In this document: one piece after another, positions 10,278 to 19,852 of the stretch
Position numbering within the stretch: the first letter of the stretch is position 1
How the letters are laid out: each line of letters starts with the position of its first letter
Sequence record: KY703222
Source: Escherichia phage phiC120
Direction: 5' to 3' (one strand)
DNA length: 64,000 bases
Notes under the pieces: model-generated
The model's database searches: none
What the model was told of the DNA's origin: nothing
What the model saw: the letters and a program-made list of their open reading frames with translations, nothing else
Made by a program: the position numbers and the translations under genes

Positions 10278-11402
10278 ATGGAAAAATTTATGGCAAGGTT
10301 TGGACAGGGATACGTCCAAACGCCATTTTTATCGGAAAGCAATTCAGTTAGATTTAAACTAAGTATAGCGGGTTCATGCCCGCTTTCAACAACTAATCCG
10401 TATATTTTGTTCCAAAATGAGCCTTTAGGGTTGCAGTCTTTTGGTATTGGACTAAATGTTAGGGTAATAAATCCGGAAAATGGAACTATAGTTGATAGTA
10501 AATTATACAATTTTGCGCCTACAAATAATGCAACTTCAGCTGCATTTATTTCGTTTGTTAATACATACGCAGATAATTTCATTTTCGCATTTATTTCTAA
10601 TAACAAATTTAATTTGCCGCCAGAAATAATTGAATGGTTTAAAGCTGCCGGGAGTTCAGTTATACCGTCAATTGAAGTTGCTAGTCTTGTTGATATTTCA
10701 TATTCAGCGTTTTATGTTTCAGGTAAAAATACTATTGCATTAGAACACATAAAATACAGTAATAAGAAAACAATTTCGGATTACTCAACTCCATTAGATA
10801 TTGTATATGACTCTATTGCTGATATAGGTGCTACCGGCTATCCTAGACGTACATATGAAGCTCTAGAAACGTTTTTATCTCCTGTTGGAAGAACTAACAA
10901 TGAAATAAAAAGGATGCCTACATCATCCCTTGTTACTCCTATCGCAAACTATGGATTAAAGCCTACAGATTTTCTTTATTTGAAATTTCAATTAATGGCT
11001 GATGAAGCATTACTAGAGGAAGGAACCACAAGACTTTCAATTCGTTTCTTTAAGTCTCCATCTAGCTCTCCTATATTGTCTAAAGATATAAACTTTGACG
11101 GAACTGCTGGTGAATGGAAGCTATATGAAGAATACGTTGAAATACCAGCTGAAGCCGATGGCTTTACAGTATATTGTTACCGTACGGCCCCAGTCGGTCA
11201 AGGTGGACTAAGAAATGTTATTTTCACTGAAGTATCATGTAACGGAAGTATAGCAAAACCTGCCGAGTTTGGCCTAAACGGTATTCGTGCTAATTACATC
11301 GATGAATCATTAATCGGTAATGATATAATGGACTTGCCTACTCAGTTATCTAACGACACAGGTAAGGTATTTGGGCAGGAATTTAAAGAGTACACAGAAT
11401 AA
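10278..11402 (+). CDS. 35: Long tail fiber hinge protein gp35
   Basis: 374 aa (T4 372); position after 34. Confidence 0.9.
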   Translation: MEKFMARFGQGYVQTPFLSESNSVRFKLSIAGSCPLSTTNPYILFQNEPLGLQSFGIGLNVRVINPENGTIVDSKLYNFAPTNNATSAAFISFVNTYADNFIFAFISNNKFNLPPEIIEWFKAAGSSVIPSIEVASLVDISYSAFYVSGKNTIALEHIKYSNKKTISDYSTPLDIVYDSIADIGATGYPRRTYEALETFLSPVGRTNNEIKRMPTSSLVTPIANYGLKPTDFLYLKFQLMADEALLEEGTTRLSIRFFKSPSSSPILSKDINFDGTAGEWKLYEEYVEIPAEADGFTVYCYRTAPVGQGGLRNVIFTEVSCNGSIAKPAEFGLNGIRANYIDESLIGNDIMDLPTQLSNDTGKVFGQEFKEYTE

Positions 11403-11422
11403 AGGAGACCGAAGTCTCCTTT
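11401..11422 (+). terminator. Hairpin terminator after gene 35 (AAAGGAGAC-CGAA-GTCTCCTTT then TTCG)
   Basis: Overlaps gene 35 stop; same palindrome as at 3112 and 45535. Confidence 0.5.
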
Positions 11423-11427
11423 TCGCG

Positions 11428-11435
11428 TATAAATA
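11428..11435 (+). promoter_or_regulatory. T4 late promoter TATAAATA for gene 36
   Basis: Exact TATAAATA 27 nt upstream of gene 36 ATG. Confidence 0.65.
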
Positions 11436-11461
11436 CTTTAATATTAATAAGGAGACACGAA

Positions 11462-12118
11462 ATGGCCGATTTAAAAGCCGGAAGTACAGTTGGTGGTTCC
11501 GTCATATGGCATCAAGGCAATTTTCCTTTAATGCCAGCTGGCGATGACATCCTATATAAAACATTTAAATTATACACTGAATATAACAAGCCAAAAGCGG
11601 CTGATAACGATTTCGTATCTAAAGCAAACGGCGGGACATATCTCAAAAAGGTAATCTTTAACGAAGGTGTTGCAGTCAAAACAGCAGATGACCAAACGAA
11701 TGGTATTTTTTCTGGTGGTGGTGACGCCGCGACATTCGACCAAACAAACATGGATATTGTTTCGTGGTATGGTATTGGGTTTAAATCATCTCAAGGTACC
11801 GGTGAAAGAACTGTTGTAATTGATACTCGCACCGGTAATATAAGTTCTAAAGGCGTTATTGAAGCATCTCAATTCAGAGCCACAACGTTAGCACCTTTAA
11901 ATAATTACGACCTTACTCGCAAAGATTATGTTGATAGTCAAATAAATACAGTTAATGCTAATGCAAACAGTCGCGTACTCCGTTCAGGAGATACGATGAC
12001 CGGCGCTCTAACAGCCCCAAACTTTTTCTCACAGAATCCTGCATCTCAACCCTCGCATGTTCCACGATTTGACCAAATTGTTATTAAGGATTCTGTTCAA
12101 GATTTCGGCTATTATTAA
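11462..12118 (+). CDS. 36: Long tail fiber gp36
   Basis: 218 aa (T4 221); strong RBS AAGGAGA. Confidence 0.9.
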   Translation: MADLKAGSTVGGSVIWHQGNFPLMPAGDDILYKTFKLYTEYNKPKAADNDFVSKANGGTYLKKVIFNEGVAVKTADDQTNGIFSGGGDAATFDQTNMDIVSWYGIGFKSSQGTGERTVVIDTRTGNISSKGVIEASQFRATTLAPLNNYDLTRKDYVDSQINTVNANANSRVLRSGDTMTGALTAPNFFSQNPASQPSHVPRFDQIVIKDSVQDFGYY

Positions 12119-12126
12119 GAGGACTT

Positions 12127-15100
12127 ATGGCTACTTTAAAACAAATACAATTTAAAAGAAGCAAAACTGCAGGAGCACGTCCTGCCGCTTCAGTATTAGC
12201 CGAAGGTGAATTGGCTATAAACTTAAAAGACCGTGTACTTTTTACTAAAGATGACCAAGGAAATATTATTGATCTGGGTTTTGCTAAAGGCGGTAGTATT
12301 GACGGGAATGTTATTCATACAGGTAATTATAACCAAACTGGCGATTATACTTTAAATGGTGTCTTCACTCAGACTGGTAATTTTAATTTAACTGGTATTG
12401 CTCGAGTAACTCGTGATATTATCGCCGCTGGGCAGATTATGACTGAAGGCGGAGAACTTATTACAAAAAGTTCAGGTACAGCACATGTTCGTTTTTTCGA
12501 TAACAATAGCCGCGAACGTGGAATCATTTATGCCCCGGCTAATGATGGTTTAACTACACAAGTACTTAATATCAGGGTTCAAGACTACGCCGCTGGTGGT
12601 GAAAGCACCTATGCATTTTCGGGCAGTGGACTATTTACTTCACCTGAAGTATCAGCATGGAAATCTATTTCGTCTCCACAAATTCTGACCGACAAAGTTA
12701 TTACAAATGGGAAGAAGACAGGCGATTATGATATCTATTCATTATCAAATAACACTCCAATGGCAGAAGGCGAAACGGCTATTAACCACCTCCGTGTTAT
12801 GCGAAATGCTGTAGGAGCAGGTATTTTCCACGAAGTTAATGTTAATGACGGAATAACCTGGTATTCCGGAGATGGCTTAGACACTTATCTTTGGTCGTTT
12901 AACTGGGCCGGTGGATTGAAAGCGGGTCATTCTATTTCTATAGGTATCCCAGGCGGTCCAAAAGGACATTCTGAATTAGGAACTGCTTCGATTGCTCTTG
13001 GTGATAATGACACCGGGTTAAAATGGCATCAAGATGGATATTTCTATACAGTAAACAACGGAACAAAAACTTTCATCTATGGTCCAGGAGAAACGCAAAG
13101 CCTTAGAAAAATGGTTATGGCTTATTCTCCAGATGGGCTTCTTATGACAACGCCACCGACAGAAAACTATGCTTTGGCCACTGTTGTTACTTACCATGAT
13201 AATAACGCGTATGGTGACGGTCAAACTCTTTTAGGTTATTACCAAGGCGGTAACTATCATCACTATTTCCGCGGTAAGGGTACTACAAACATTAATACTC
13301 ATGGCGGTTTGTTAGTTACTCCAGGTAATATTGATGTTATTGGCGGTTCTGTTAATATAGATGGTAGAAATAATTCTTCTACACTAATGTTTAGAGGCAA
13401 CACAGCAGGATACAGCTCGGTTGATAATATGGATATTAAAGTTTGGGGTAATACGTTTGTTGATCCAAGCGGAGGTATCCGTAAAAACATTATGGAAATT
13501 TCTGATGCAACTAGCTGGATGAGCTATATTCAAAGACTTACTACTGGCGAAGTAGAAATGAACGTTAATGGTTCATTTGAATCATCTGGTGTTACTGCTG
13601 GAGATAGAGGAGTTCACACAACAGGTGAAATTTCATCTGGAGCAGTGAATGCTCTTCGTATTTGGAACGCAGATTATGGAGCCATTTTTAGACGTTCAGA
13701 AGGAAGTCTTCATATTATTCCAACTGCTTATGGCGAAGGCAAAGATGGCGATATCGGTCCACTTCGCCCGTTTAGTATGGCTTTAGATACCGGTAAAGTT
13801 ACTATTCCAGATTTACAATCAAGTTACAATACGTTTGCTGCGAATGGCTATATTAAATTTGTTGGTCATGGAGCGGGTGCCGGCGGTTATGACATTCAAT
13901 ATGTTCAAGCGGCTCCTATTTTCCAGGAAATCGATGATGACGCTGTAAGCAAATATTATCCTATTGTTAAACAGAAGTTTTTAAACGGTAAATCCGTTTG
14001 GTCTTTAGGTACCGAAATTGAATCAGGTACATTCGTTATTCATCATCTGAAAGAAGATGGTTCACAAGGCCATGCGTCTCGTTTTAATCAAGACGGTACT
14101 GTTAACTTCCCAGATAACGTTCTGGTCAGCGGCGATATTAACATGAAAGGCGTGATGACTTTTGACCCCGGACGTTTAGGATCACGAGATTATTTTAAAT
14201 TTAACCATTGGGGTGATAGTAATAATGGTCGTGATAACATCATCCAGTTAGAAGATAGTCGAGGCGCTCATTTTTCCACTGAACGTACTTTAGCGACAGG
14301 TGCAATTAAAACTCGTTTCTTTGGCGAAACCTTCACTGACGGTACATTATACCTAAATCAGATGAATAATAGCTCTGAACGATTCTCTATCAACAATTGG
14401 GGAAATTCAGAAGTTGGTCGCGCGGCAGTATTGGAAGTCGGCGATTCAAAAGGTTATCACTTCTATGCTGAACGCAGGACAGATAACAGTTTGATGTTTG
14501 ATGTTGCTGGTGCTTTGACCGTGCATGGACCTAACGGAATAACCATCAAAAACTCAACTGGTGCACGACATATCTGGTTTAGAGATGATAGCGATGCAGA
14601 AAAGGCTGTTATCTGGGCTACAGATGATGGTATTTTACATATACGAAATAATTATGGGGGTTCATTTAGTCATCACTTCCGGGGTGCAATGATTCTAGCG
14701 GGAGAGCGTGTTCCATATAATAGTGAATACGCTCTTATCCGTGGTAATATTTCCGGTGGTGCATGGGTAGACTGGCGAGATCGTCCGGCTGGATTATTGG
14801 TAGACTGTCAGGACTCACGAAATCAAGCATATAACATTTGGAAAGCTACTCATTGGGGCGAACAGCACCTTGCGGCGATGGGTGTTCATGCTGGCGGTGG
14901 TAATCCTCATGTTGTATTGCATGTGGGTGGGAATGATTATGCATTTGCATCTAACGGTGATTTTACTGCTGGTGCTGCTGTATATTGTAACGACGTTTAT
15001 ATTCGTTCTGACCGTCGTCTGAAAATTAATGTTGAAGACTACGAAGAGAATGCGGTGGATAAGGTAAATAAACTCAAAGTTAAAACCTATGATAAAGTTA

Positions 15101-15360
15101 AATCTCTTTCTGACCGCGAAGTTATCGGCCATGAGATTGGTATTATCGCACAGGATTTGCAAGAAGTATTACCGGAAGCTGTTAGCACTTCTAGTGTCGG
15201 ATCTCAGGATAACCCAGAAGAAATTTTAACAATTTCAAACTCTGCTGTGAACGCGCTTTTAATTAAGGCCATTCAGGAAATGAGCGAAGAAATTAAAGAA
15301 TTGAAAACGCCTCTCTTTACTAAAATTGCTCGCAAAATTAGTAAATATTTTAAATTCTAA
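12127..15360 (+). CDS. 37: Long tail fiber distal subunit gp37, T2-type with C-terminal intramolecular chaperone (S74-like) domain
   Basis: 1077 aa; conserved N-terminus; C-terminal SDRRLKIN...helical tail typical of self-cleaving chaperone domains. Confidence 0.9.
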   Translation: MATLKQIQFKRSKTAGARPAASVLAEGELAINLKDRVLFTKDDQGNIIDLGFAKGGSIDGNVIHTGNYNQTGDYTLNGVFTQTGNFNLTGIARVTRDIIAAGQIMTEGGELITKSSGTAHVRFFDNNSRERGIIYAPANDGLTTQVLNIRVQDYAAGGESTYAFSGSGLFTSPEVSAWKSISSPQILTDKVITNGKKTGDYDIYSLSNNTPMAEGETAINHLRVMRNAVGAGIFHEVNVNDGITWYSGDGLDTYLWSFNWAGGLKAGHSISIGIPGGPKGHSELGTASIALGDNDTGLKWHQDGYFYTVNNGTKTFIYGPGETQSLRKMVMAYSPDGLLMTTPPTENYALATVVTYHDNNAYGDGQTLLGYYQGGNYHHYFRGKGTTNINTHGGLLVTPGNIDVIGGSVNIDGRNNSSTLMFRGNTAGYSSVDNMDIKVWGNTFVDPSGGIRKNIMEISDATSWMSYIQRLTTGEVEMNVNGSFESSGVTAGDRGVHTTGEISSGAVNALRIWNADYGAIFRRSEGSLHIIPTAYGEGKDGDIGPLRPFSMALDTGKVTIPDLQSSYNTFAANGYIKFVGHGAGAGGYDIQYVQAAPIFQEIDDDAVSKYYPIVKQKFLNGKSVWSLGTEIESGTFVIHHLKEDGSQGHASRFNQDGTVNFPDNVLVSGDINMKGVMTFDPGRLGSRDYFKFNHWGDSNNGRDNIIQLEDSRGAHFSTERTLATGAIKTRFFGETFTDGTLYLNQMNNSSERFSINNWGNSEVGRAAVLEVGDSKGYHFYAERRTDNSLMFDVAGALTVHGPNGITIKNSTGARHIWFRDDSDAEKAVIWATDDGILHIRNNYGGSFSHHFRGAMILAGERVPYNSEYALIRGNISGGAWVDWRDRPAGLLVDCQDSRNQAYNIWKATHWGEQHLAAMGVHAGGGNPHVVLHVGGNDYAFASNGDFTAGAAVYCNDVYIRSDRRLKINVEDYEENAVDKVNKLKVKTYDKVKSLSDREVIGHEIGIIAQDLQEVLPEAVSTSSVGSQDNPEEILTISNSAVNALLIKAIQEMSEEIKELKTPLFTKIARKISKYFKF

Positions 15361-15365
15361 CAACA

Positions 15366-15382
15366 AGGGGGAAATGCCCCCT
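15366..15382 (+). terminator. Hairpin (AGGGGG-aaatg-CCCCCT, then TTT) after gene 37
   Basis: GC stem read directly; weak U-run, may be attenuating rather than terminating. Confidence 0.4.
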
Positions 15383-15396
15383 TTGGAGTATAAATT

Positions 15397-16176
15397 ATGG
15401 CAGTAGTTGGAGTTCCTGGCTGGATTGGAAGTTCAGCCGTAAATGAAACGGGCCAGCGCTGGATGAGTCAAGCAGCTGGTCAATTAAGATTGGGTGTTCC
15501 TTGCTGGATGAGTCAATTTGCAGGTCGCTCAAGAGAAATTATTCACACTCTTGGAGCAGACCATAACTTTAATGGTCAATGGTTCCGTGACCGTTGTTTT
15601 GAAGCCGGTGGCGCTCCTATAGTGTTTAATATCACAGGCAACTTAGTATCATATTCTAAAGACGTTCCTTTATTCTTCATGTATGGTGATACTCCTAACG
15701 AATATGTTACTTTGAATATTCATGGTGGTGTTCATATGTGGGGCCGAGGTGGTAACGGTACTGTAAACGGAAACCCAGGCACAAATGGCGGCGATGTAAT
15801 CCAAAATGATATCGGCGGAAGACTTCGTATTTGGAACTATGGCGTTATTGCATCAGGCGGTGGTGGTGGTGGTGCAGTGTCATTACAGAATAGCTGGGCG
15901 CCAAATGCTACAGCAGGTGGCGGTGGTGGTAGACCATTTGGCATCGGCGGAGGCGGCGTTAATTGGCCGGGTGGTAATGCTAGTTATGACGCCCCGGGCG
16001 GCGCCGGTTACACTTCCCAATTCGGCGGAGGCAATGGCGGCGATGCTGGAGGTCGGGGCGGAGATGGATGGGGTAATCACTTATCTAGATCTGGTGGCGG
16101 TGCTCCTGGCAGAGCAGTATTCGGAAGTTCACCGTCATGGGGTGCTACAGGCACAATCTACGGCTCCTGGATTTAA
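15397..16176 (+). CDS. 38: Receptor-recognising adhesin gp38 (T2-type, glycine-rich motifs)
   Basis: 259 aa; conserved N-terminal half; C-terminal half has poly-Gly blocks separated by variable segments. Confidence 0.85.
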   Translation: MAVVGVPGWIGSSAVNETGQRWMSQAAGQLRLGVPCWMSQFAGRSREIIHTLGADHNFNGQWFRDRCFEAGGAPIVFNITGNLVSYSKDVPLFFMYGDTPNEYVTLNIHGGVHMWGRGGNGTVNGNPGTNGGDVIQNDIGGRLRIWNYGVIASGGGGGGAVSLQNSWAPNATAGGGGGRPFGIGGGGVNWPGGNASYDAPGGAGYTSQFGGGNGGDAGGRGGDGWGNHLSRSGGGAPGRAVFGSSPSWGATGTIYGSWI

Positions 16177-16194
16177 ACGATAATACCTCTCAAT

Positions 16195-16202
16195 TATAAA
16201 TA
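16195..16202 (+). promoter_or_regulatory. T4 late promoter TATAAATA for holin gene t
   Basis: Exact TATAAATA 19 nt upstream of ATG 16222. Confidence 0.6.
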
Positions 16203-16221
16203 TTGATAAATGGGAGGTAAT

Positions 16222-16881
16222 ATGGCAGCACCAAAAGTATCATTTTCGCCTAGTGATATTTTATTTGGGTTGCTAGACCGCATTTTCAAAGATAACGCCT
16301 CTGGAAATATTCTTATTTCAAGAGTTGCTGTTGTAGTTCTTTTGTTCCTAATGGCACTAATATGGTACAAAGGGAGTATTTTTATGGATTATTACGTGAG
16401 GTCGAAATATGATACTTACACAGAAGTAATTCAAAAAGAAAGAAATACACGATTTGAATCTGCGGCTTTAGAACAACTACAAATAGTCCACGTCACATCA
16501 AGGGCGGATTTTAGTTCGGTGTATTCTTTCAGACCTAAAAATCTAAATTATTTCGTCGACCTTATTGCGTATGAAGGTAAGTTACCTAGCACAGTAACTG
16601 AAAAATCTATGGGAGGATTTCCTGTCGATAAAACAACAGCAGAATATTCGGTCCATTTAAGTGGACTTCACTTTACTTCTAAAACAGATTTTGCTTTCTT
16701 ACCTACCAAAACAAAAACTCCGGAATTAGCATATATGTATAGTTGTCCTTACTTCAATTTGGATAACATATATGCTGGAACTGTTTCTATGTATTGGTAT
16801 AAGGGGTCGGACGTGTTAAATGAAGAACGCTTGGCTGCAATATGCAACCAAGCAGCAAGGATATTAGGGCGAGCTAAATAA
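16222..16881 (+). CDS. t: Holin T
   Basis: 219 aa from ATG 16222 (GGGAGG RBS); strong identity to T4 holin; ORF track start 16210 lies in the RBS. Confidence 0.9.
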   Translation: MAAPKVSFSPSDILFGLLDRIFKDNASGNILISRVAVVVLLFLMALIWYKGSIFMDYYVRSKYDTYTEVIQKERNTRFESAALEQLQIVHVTSRADFSSVYSFRPKNLNYFVDLIAYEGKLPSTVTEKSMGGFPVDKTTAEYSVHLSGLHFTSKTDFAFLPTKTKTPELAYMYSCPYFNLDNIYAGTVSMYWYKGSDVLNEERLAAICNQAARILGRAK

Positions 16882-17154
16882 TTAGTTGTTAGAATACATC
16901 GTCAAATGGCGATAAATATTTTCAAAACCTTCATTGAATTCACTAATCAGTGTTTTCTTTTCTTCGGCAGTTAAATTTGTAATTAGTTTTCTGAACGAAT
17001 TCTGATTTAGCTGTCGACCATCTTTTTTAATTCCAATCTCATTCAAGAATCCGATGAAATTTGCTCGGTCTTCAACAATATCTTCCCTAGAGAATTTAAT
17101 CAAAATAGAAGCAATAGTAATAATTTCACGTACAATTTCGATATCTTTATTCAT
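16882..17154 (-). CDS. asiA: Anti-sigma70 factor AsiA
   Basis: 90 aa; near-identical to T4 AsiA as recalled. Confidence 0.9.
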   Translation of the reverse strand: MNKDIEIVREIITIASILIKFSREDIVEDRANFIGFLNEIGIKKDGRQLNQNSFRKLITNLTAEEKKTLISEFNEGFENIYRHLTMYSNN

Positions 17155-17200
17155 AACGTTTTATTCATTCCACTTAATTGTTAGGAGTATAGTACCATTA

Positions 17201-17401
17201 TCAGTGTTGATTGTAAACGGCTTTTTCTACGCTTTTAACGTAATCAATGTAGTCTTCCTGTTCATACGAGTGTAAGGCCAAGAACGTGGCTAATAGTTCA
17301 TTATAGACTAAAGCCTCACGCTCACGTTCTGCCTCTACTACGTTCTGAAGATTATGGCTCATATCATTCCTTATAACTATCAATGTAGTCCTGTATGTCA
17401 A
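17201..17401 (-). CDS. Hypothetical protein (66 aa)
   Basis: ORF track only. Confidence 0.4.
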   Translation of the reverse strand: MTYRTTLIVIRNDMSHNLQNVVEAEREREALVYNELLATFLALHSYEQEDYIDYVKSVEKAVYNQH

Positions 17402-17651
17402 AGAATGACATTTCGTATTCTAGGACATTAAGAGCCCGTTCTTCAGTATAGTCAGAACCAAATACGATAGTGATTTCACCAGGCTTCATATGATTGAAAT
17501 CGACACTAAAAGGAATACGAGAACATACTTCGTCTGCCATATCGGCAACAACACTACGATATACTTTTCGGTTAACCTGATAAAGCTCTGCAAGTTCTTC
17601 ACATCGAATAACAAGTTCAGTGGCAGGATTTTCTTTGATTTTAGTAAGCAT
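17364..17651 (-). CDS. Hypothetical protein (95 aa); possible Arn-like anti-restriction protein by position and size
   Basis: Synteny with T4 asiA-arn-motA region; sequence match not verified. Confidence 0.35.
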   Translation of the reverse strand: MLTKIKENPATELVIRCEELAELYQVNRKVYRSVVADMADEVCSRIPFSVDFNHMKPGEITIVFGSDYTEERALNVLEYEMSFFDIQDYIDSYKE

Positions 17652-17725
17652 AGTCTTTACCCTTATGTTTTTGTTTACGTTTAGATTGAAGTTCTGATTT
17701 CTTCTTGTCCTTATGGACAGAAGCT

Positions 17726-17953
17726 TTATTGAAATCGTGTTTTGCTACAAGATTGTTCATAATGATTTATAACCTCATTTAAACATTTATCAGTAAAGGA
17801 AAACTTTTTAGCCACAGAACATTCGATAATGTGTTCTTTCAAATCTTTAGAGTCGGTATAACCCATCTCAGTAATAAAGTGGCGAATTAAAGCTTTATTC
17901 TTATCATTAACAGAATTAAAATAATCTGCTTTAGAATCAATTATTCTCATCAT
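17726..17953 (-). CDS. Hypothetical protein (75 aa)
   Basis: ORF track. Confidence 0.4.
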   Translation of the reverse strand: MMRIIDSKADYFNSVNDKNKALIRHFITEMGYTDSKDLKEHIIECSVAKKFSFTDKCLNEVINHYEQSCSKTRFQ

Positions 17954-18218
17954 CTAATTTCCTTAATTGATATTGCAACGAGCTAATAATTTCTTCGTTC
18001 ATTTTAATATACATGTCACGCAAGAAAGGTTTTAACCCTTCACGAATAATTGCTAATGTATCACCTTTACATAAATTAACCAAATAAGGATGATCTAAAG
18101 CGTCCCAACCAGGCTGATTAGCATACATACCATAGTTTTCTTCCATCATATGATTAAGACGTTTGATATCTTGGATACGTGATTCAATAGCATCTTTCTG
18201 GAGTTGTTTAATATTCAT
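17937..18218 (-). CDS. Hypothetical protein (93 aa)
   Basis: ORF track. Confidence 0.4.
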   Translation of the reverse strand: MNIKQLQKDAIESRIQDIKRLNHMMEENYGMYANQPGWDALDHPYLVNLCKGDTLAIIREGLKPFLRDMYIKMNEEIISSLQYQLRKLDDENN

Positions 18219-18679
18219 TAATAAAGGTCCTCTGAATAAAGTTCTTTCTCACTTCCGCCACGTTCAATACGTACCTGTCCAGCATACGTTGCAATAATCA
18301 TTGCTTCTTCACGCGTCCAGTAATTAGAATATTGGTCAATAAAGCCTTGGTCGTCACCACAAACTTGTTGCGAGACTAATTGAGGACCAACTATATCAAG
18401 TACTTCAGCCATATCTTTGGAGTAATGACGAACTCCAGGAATAACCAGAGTTCTACCACTCTTCAATTTAAACCTATTAGCTGCACATACTATAACACGT
18501 TGAACTTTTTGGTCATTGTTCCAATAGCACGTTTGCCAACAGATTTCAGGAACTTCATTCATTATATCATCAGCAGAATAATTATAACCGTAGGACTGGA
18601 ATTTTTCTGCTAGACTTTCAGGAGTCTCACGAGACAAGGCCAAATCTAATAGCTCTAAGCGTTCTTTAAATGATTTCAT
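18218..18679 (-). CDS. Hypothetical protein (153 aa)
   Basis: ORF track; stop/start overlap with neighbours. Confidence 0.45.
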   Translation of the reverse strand: MKSFKERLELLDLALSRETPESLAEKFQSYGYNYSADDIMNEVPEICWQTCYWNNDQKVQRVIVCAANRFKLKSGRTLVIPGVRHYSKDMAEVLDIVGPQLVSQQVCGDDQGFIDQYSNYWTREEAMIIATYAGQVRIERGGSEKELYSEDLY

Positions 18680-19020
18680 TTAAACCATTCCTTAATACGT
18701 TGCCAAATAGATTTTTGTGCTTGTTTATTTACACCAATCGAACGAATAACCGGTTGTGACTGCTGATATTCTTTATAATCTTCTTTATAGATTTCGTAAG
18801 CTGCATCAACAAATGAACTGATCGCTGCCATGTAGTTTTTACGTACACCGCCTGGAGCTACTCCATTAGGAAATTCAGAATTTTCGCGAATAATTAAATA
18901 TAACCCAGCTCTAACTTTAACGATAGTTCCAAGATAAGCTCCATGGTACCAAATATCCCATCCTTCCTGAGTAGGTTCTGCACATTTACGAAGTTCGTTA
19001 ATAATATTCAGCTTATTCAT
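18676..19020 (-). CDS. Hypothetical protein (114 aa)
   Basis: ORF track; ATGA overlap with downstream ORF. Confidence 0.45.
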   Translation of the reverse strand: MNKLNIINELRKCAEPTQEGWDIWYHGAYLGTIVKVRAGLYLIIRENSEFPNGVAPGGVRKNYMAAISSFVDAAYEIYKEDYKEYQQSQPVIRSIGVNKQAQKSIWQRIKEWFK

Positions 19021-19030
19021 TATGTATTCC

Positions 19031-19663
19031 TCACAGTACGTTAGTTACAAGGGTAATGATTTCTTTGGACACATTAGGGAAGTCAATGTAAGTATATTTA
19101 CCACCGATCTTAATCTTAACATCATTTTCAAGAGAAGTAAACAGCTTTGATTCAGTTTCTGACATGTTGTATGCAAAGATTCTAAGAGCGCCATCTCGTC
19201 GAATTTCAATTTGGCGAATGCCTAGAACTCGTTTAGCGAATCGAACTTCTAAGTTACTACGGTTTTCACCAATTTCTTTAACTTCAACTTTATCTTTAAT
19301 ATTTTCAAAAACAAAGTTTGCTAATTCATGCATTTCAGGAGTAACTCCACGTGCTTTTCTAGTGTTACGTTTCTGAAGAAGTTCTGGAGCATTTTCTTGA
19401 GCAAATAGGTCTGCAGCTTTTTGGATAATATCCATTGCTTCGCCGGTTGCCACAAGTCCATCACCAGATTTTTCGACTAAACCTTTCTTAATCAATACAC
19501 CAATGTTAGAGTTAACAACTGATGCATTGTATTCTGCTTCCAGAGCTTCACGGACATTGGCAGCAGTGGTGAAGTTGTTCTTAATGATATAAACCATTAT
19601 TGCCGCAGTTTTTTCATTCAGAGCGTTTTCAGAAGCTTTGATGATGTAAGTAACTTTAGACAT
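19031..19663 (-). CDS. motA: Middle-transcription activator MotA
   Basis: 210 aa (T4 211); N-terminus MSKVTYIIKAS... and overall similarity to T4 MotA. Confidence 0.85.
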   Translation of the reverse strand: MSKVTYIIKASENALNEKTAAIMVYIIKNNFTTAANVREALEAEYNASVVNSNIGVLIKKGLVEKSGDGLVATGEAMDIIQKAADLFAQENAPELLQKRNTRKARGVTPEMHELANFVFENIKDKVEVKEIGENRSNLEVRFAKRVLGIRQIEIRRDGALRIFAYNMSETESKLFTSLENDVKIKIGGKYTYIDFPNVSKEIITLVTNVL

Positions 19664-19702
19664 TTTATTTCTCCAATTTGGTTGTTTTGTTTTGATAGGT
19701 CT

Positions 19703-19731
19703 ATAATATCACGTTTGAAGCACATGTAAAC
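19703..19731 (-). promoter_or_regulatory. Sigma70-type early promoter (GTTTAC-17-TATTAT) for motA
   Basis: Minus strand GTTTACatgtgcttcaaacgtgaTATTAT, then GGAG RBS and motA ATG. Confidence 0.5.
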
Positions 19732-19760
19732 TGTTTTGTGAGAAAAAAAAAATGCACAAA

Positions 19761-19776
19761 GGGAGCCGAAGCTCCC
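19761..19776 (-). terminator. Hairpin terminator downstream of gene 52 (GGGAGC-UUCG-GCUCCC then U10)
   Basis: Stem plus CTTCGG loop followed by TTTGTGCATTTTTTTTTT on minus strand. Confidence 0.65.
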
Positions 19777-19852
19777 TAATCGTGATTGTCCAACCAATAC
19801 AGCCAAATCACTAGTGCGGCTATTGCACCGAGAAATCCTAAGGCTAGGGCAC

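Noticed and set aside
15389-15396. TATAAATT late-promoter-like motif immediately before gene 38
   Set aside because: One mismatch to TATAAATA and it abuts the ATG, leaving no room for a leader or RBS; more likely part of the gene 38 translation initiation region.
15806-16183. Plus-strand 125-aa ORF overlapping gene 38 in another frame
   Set aside because: Artefact of the GC-rich glycine-codon repeats of gene 38; the gp38 frame carries the conserved adhesin N-terminus.
17054-17275. Plus-strand 73-aa ORF antisense to asiA
   Set aside because: Overlaps the strongly supported asiA on the opposite strand; low-complexity translation.
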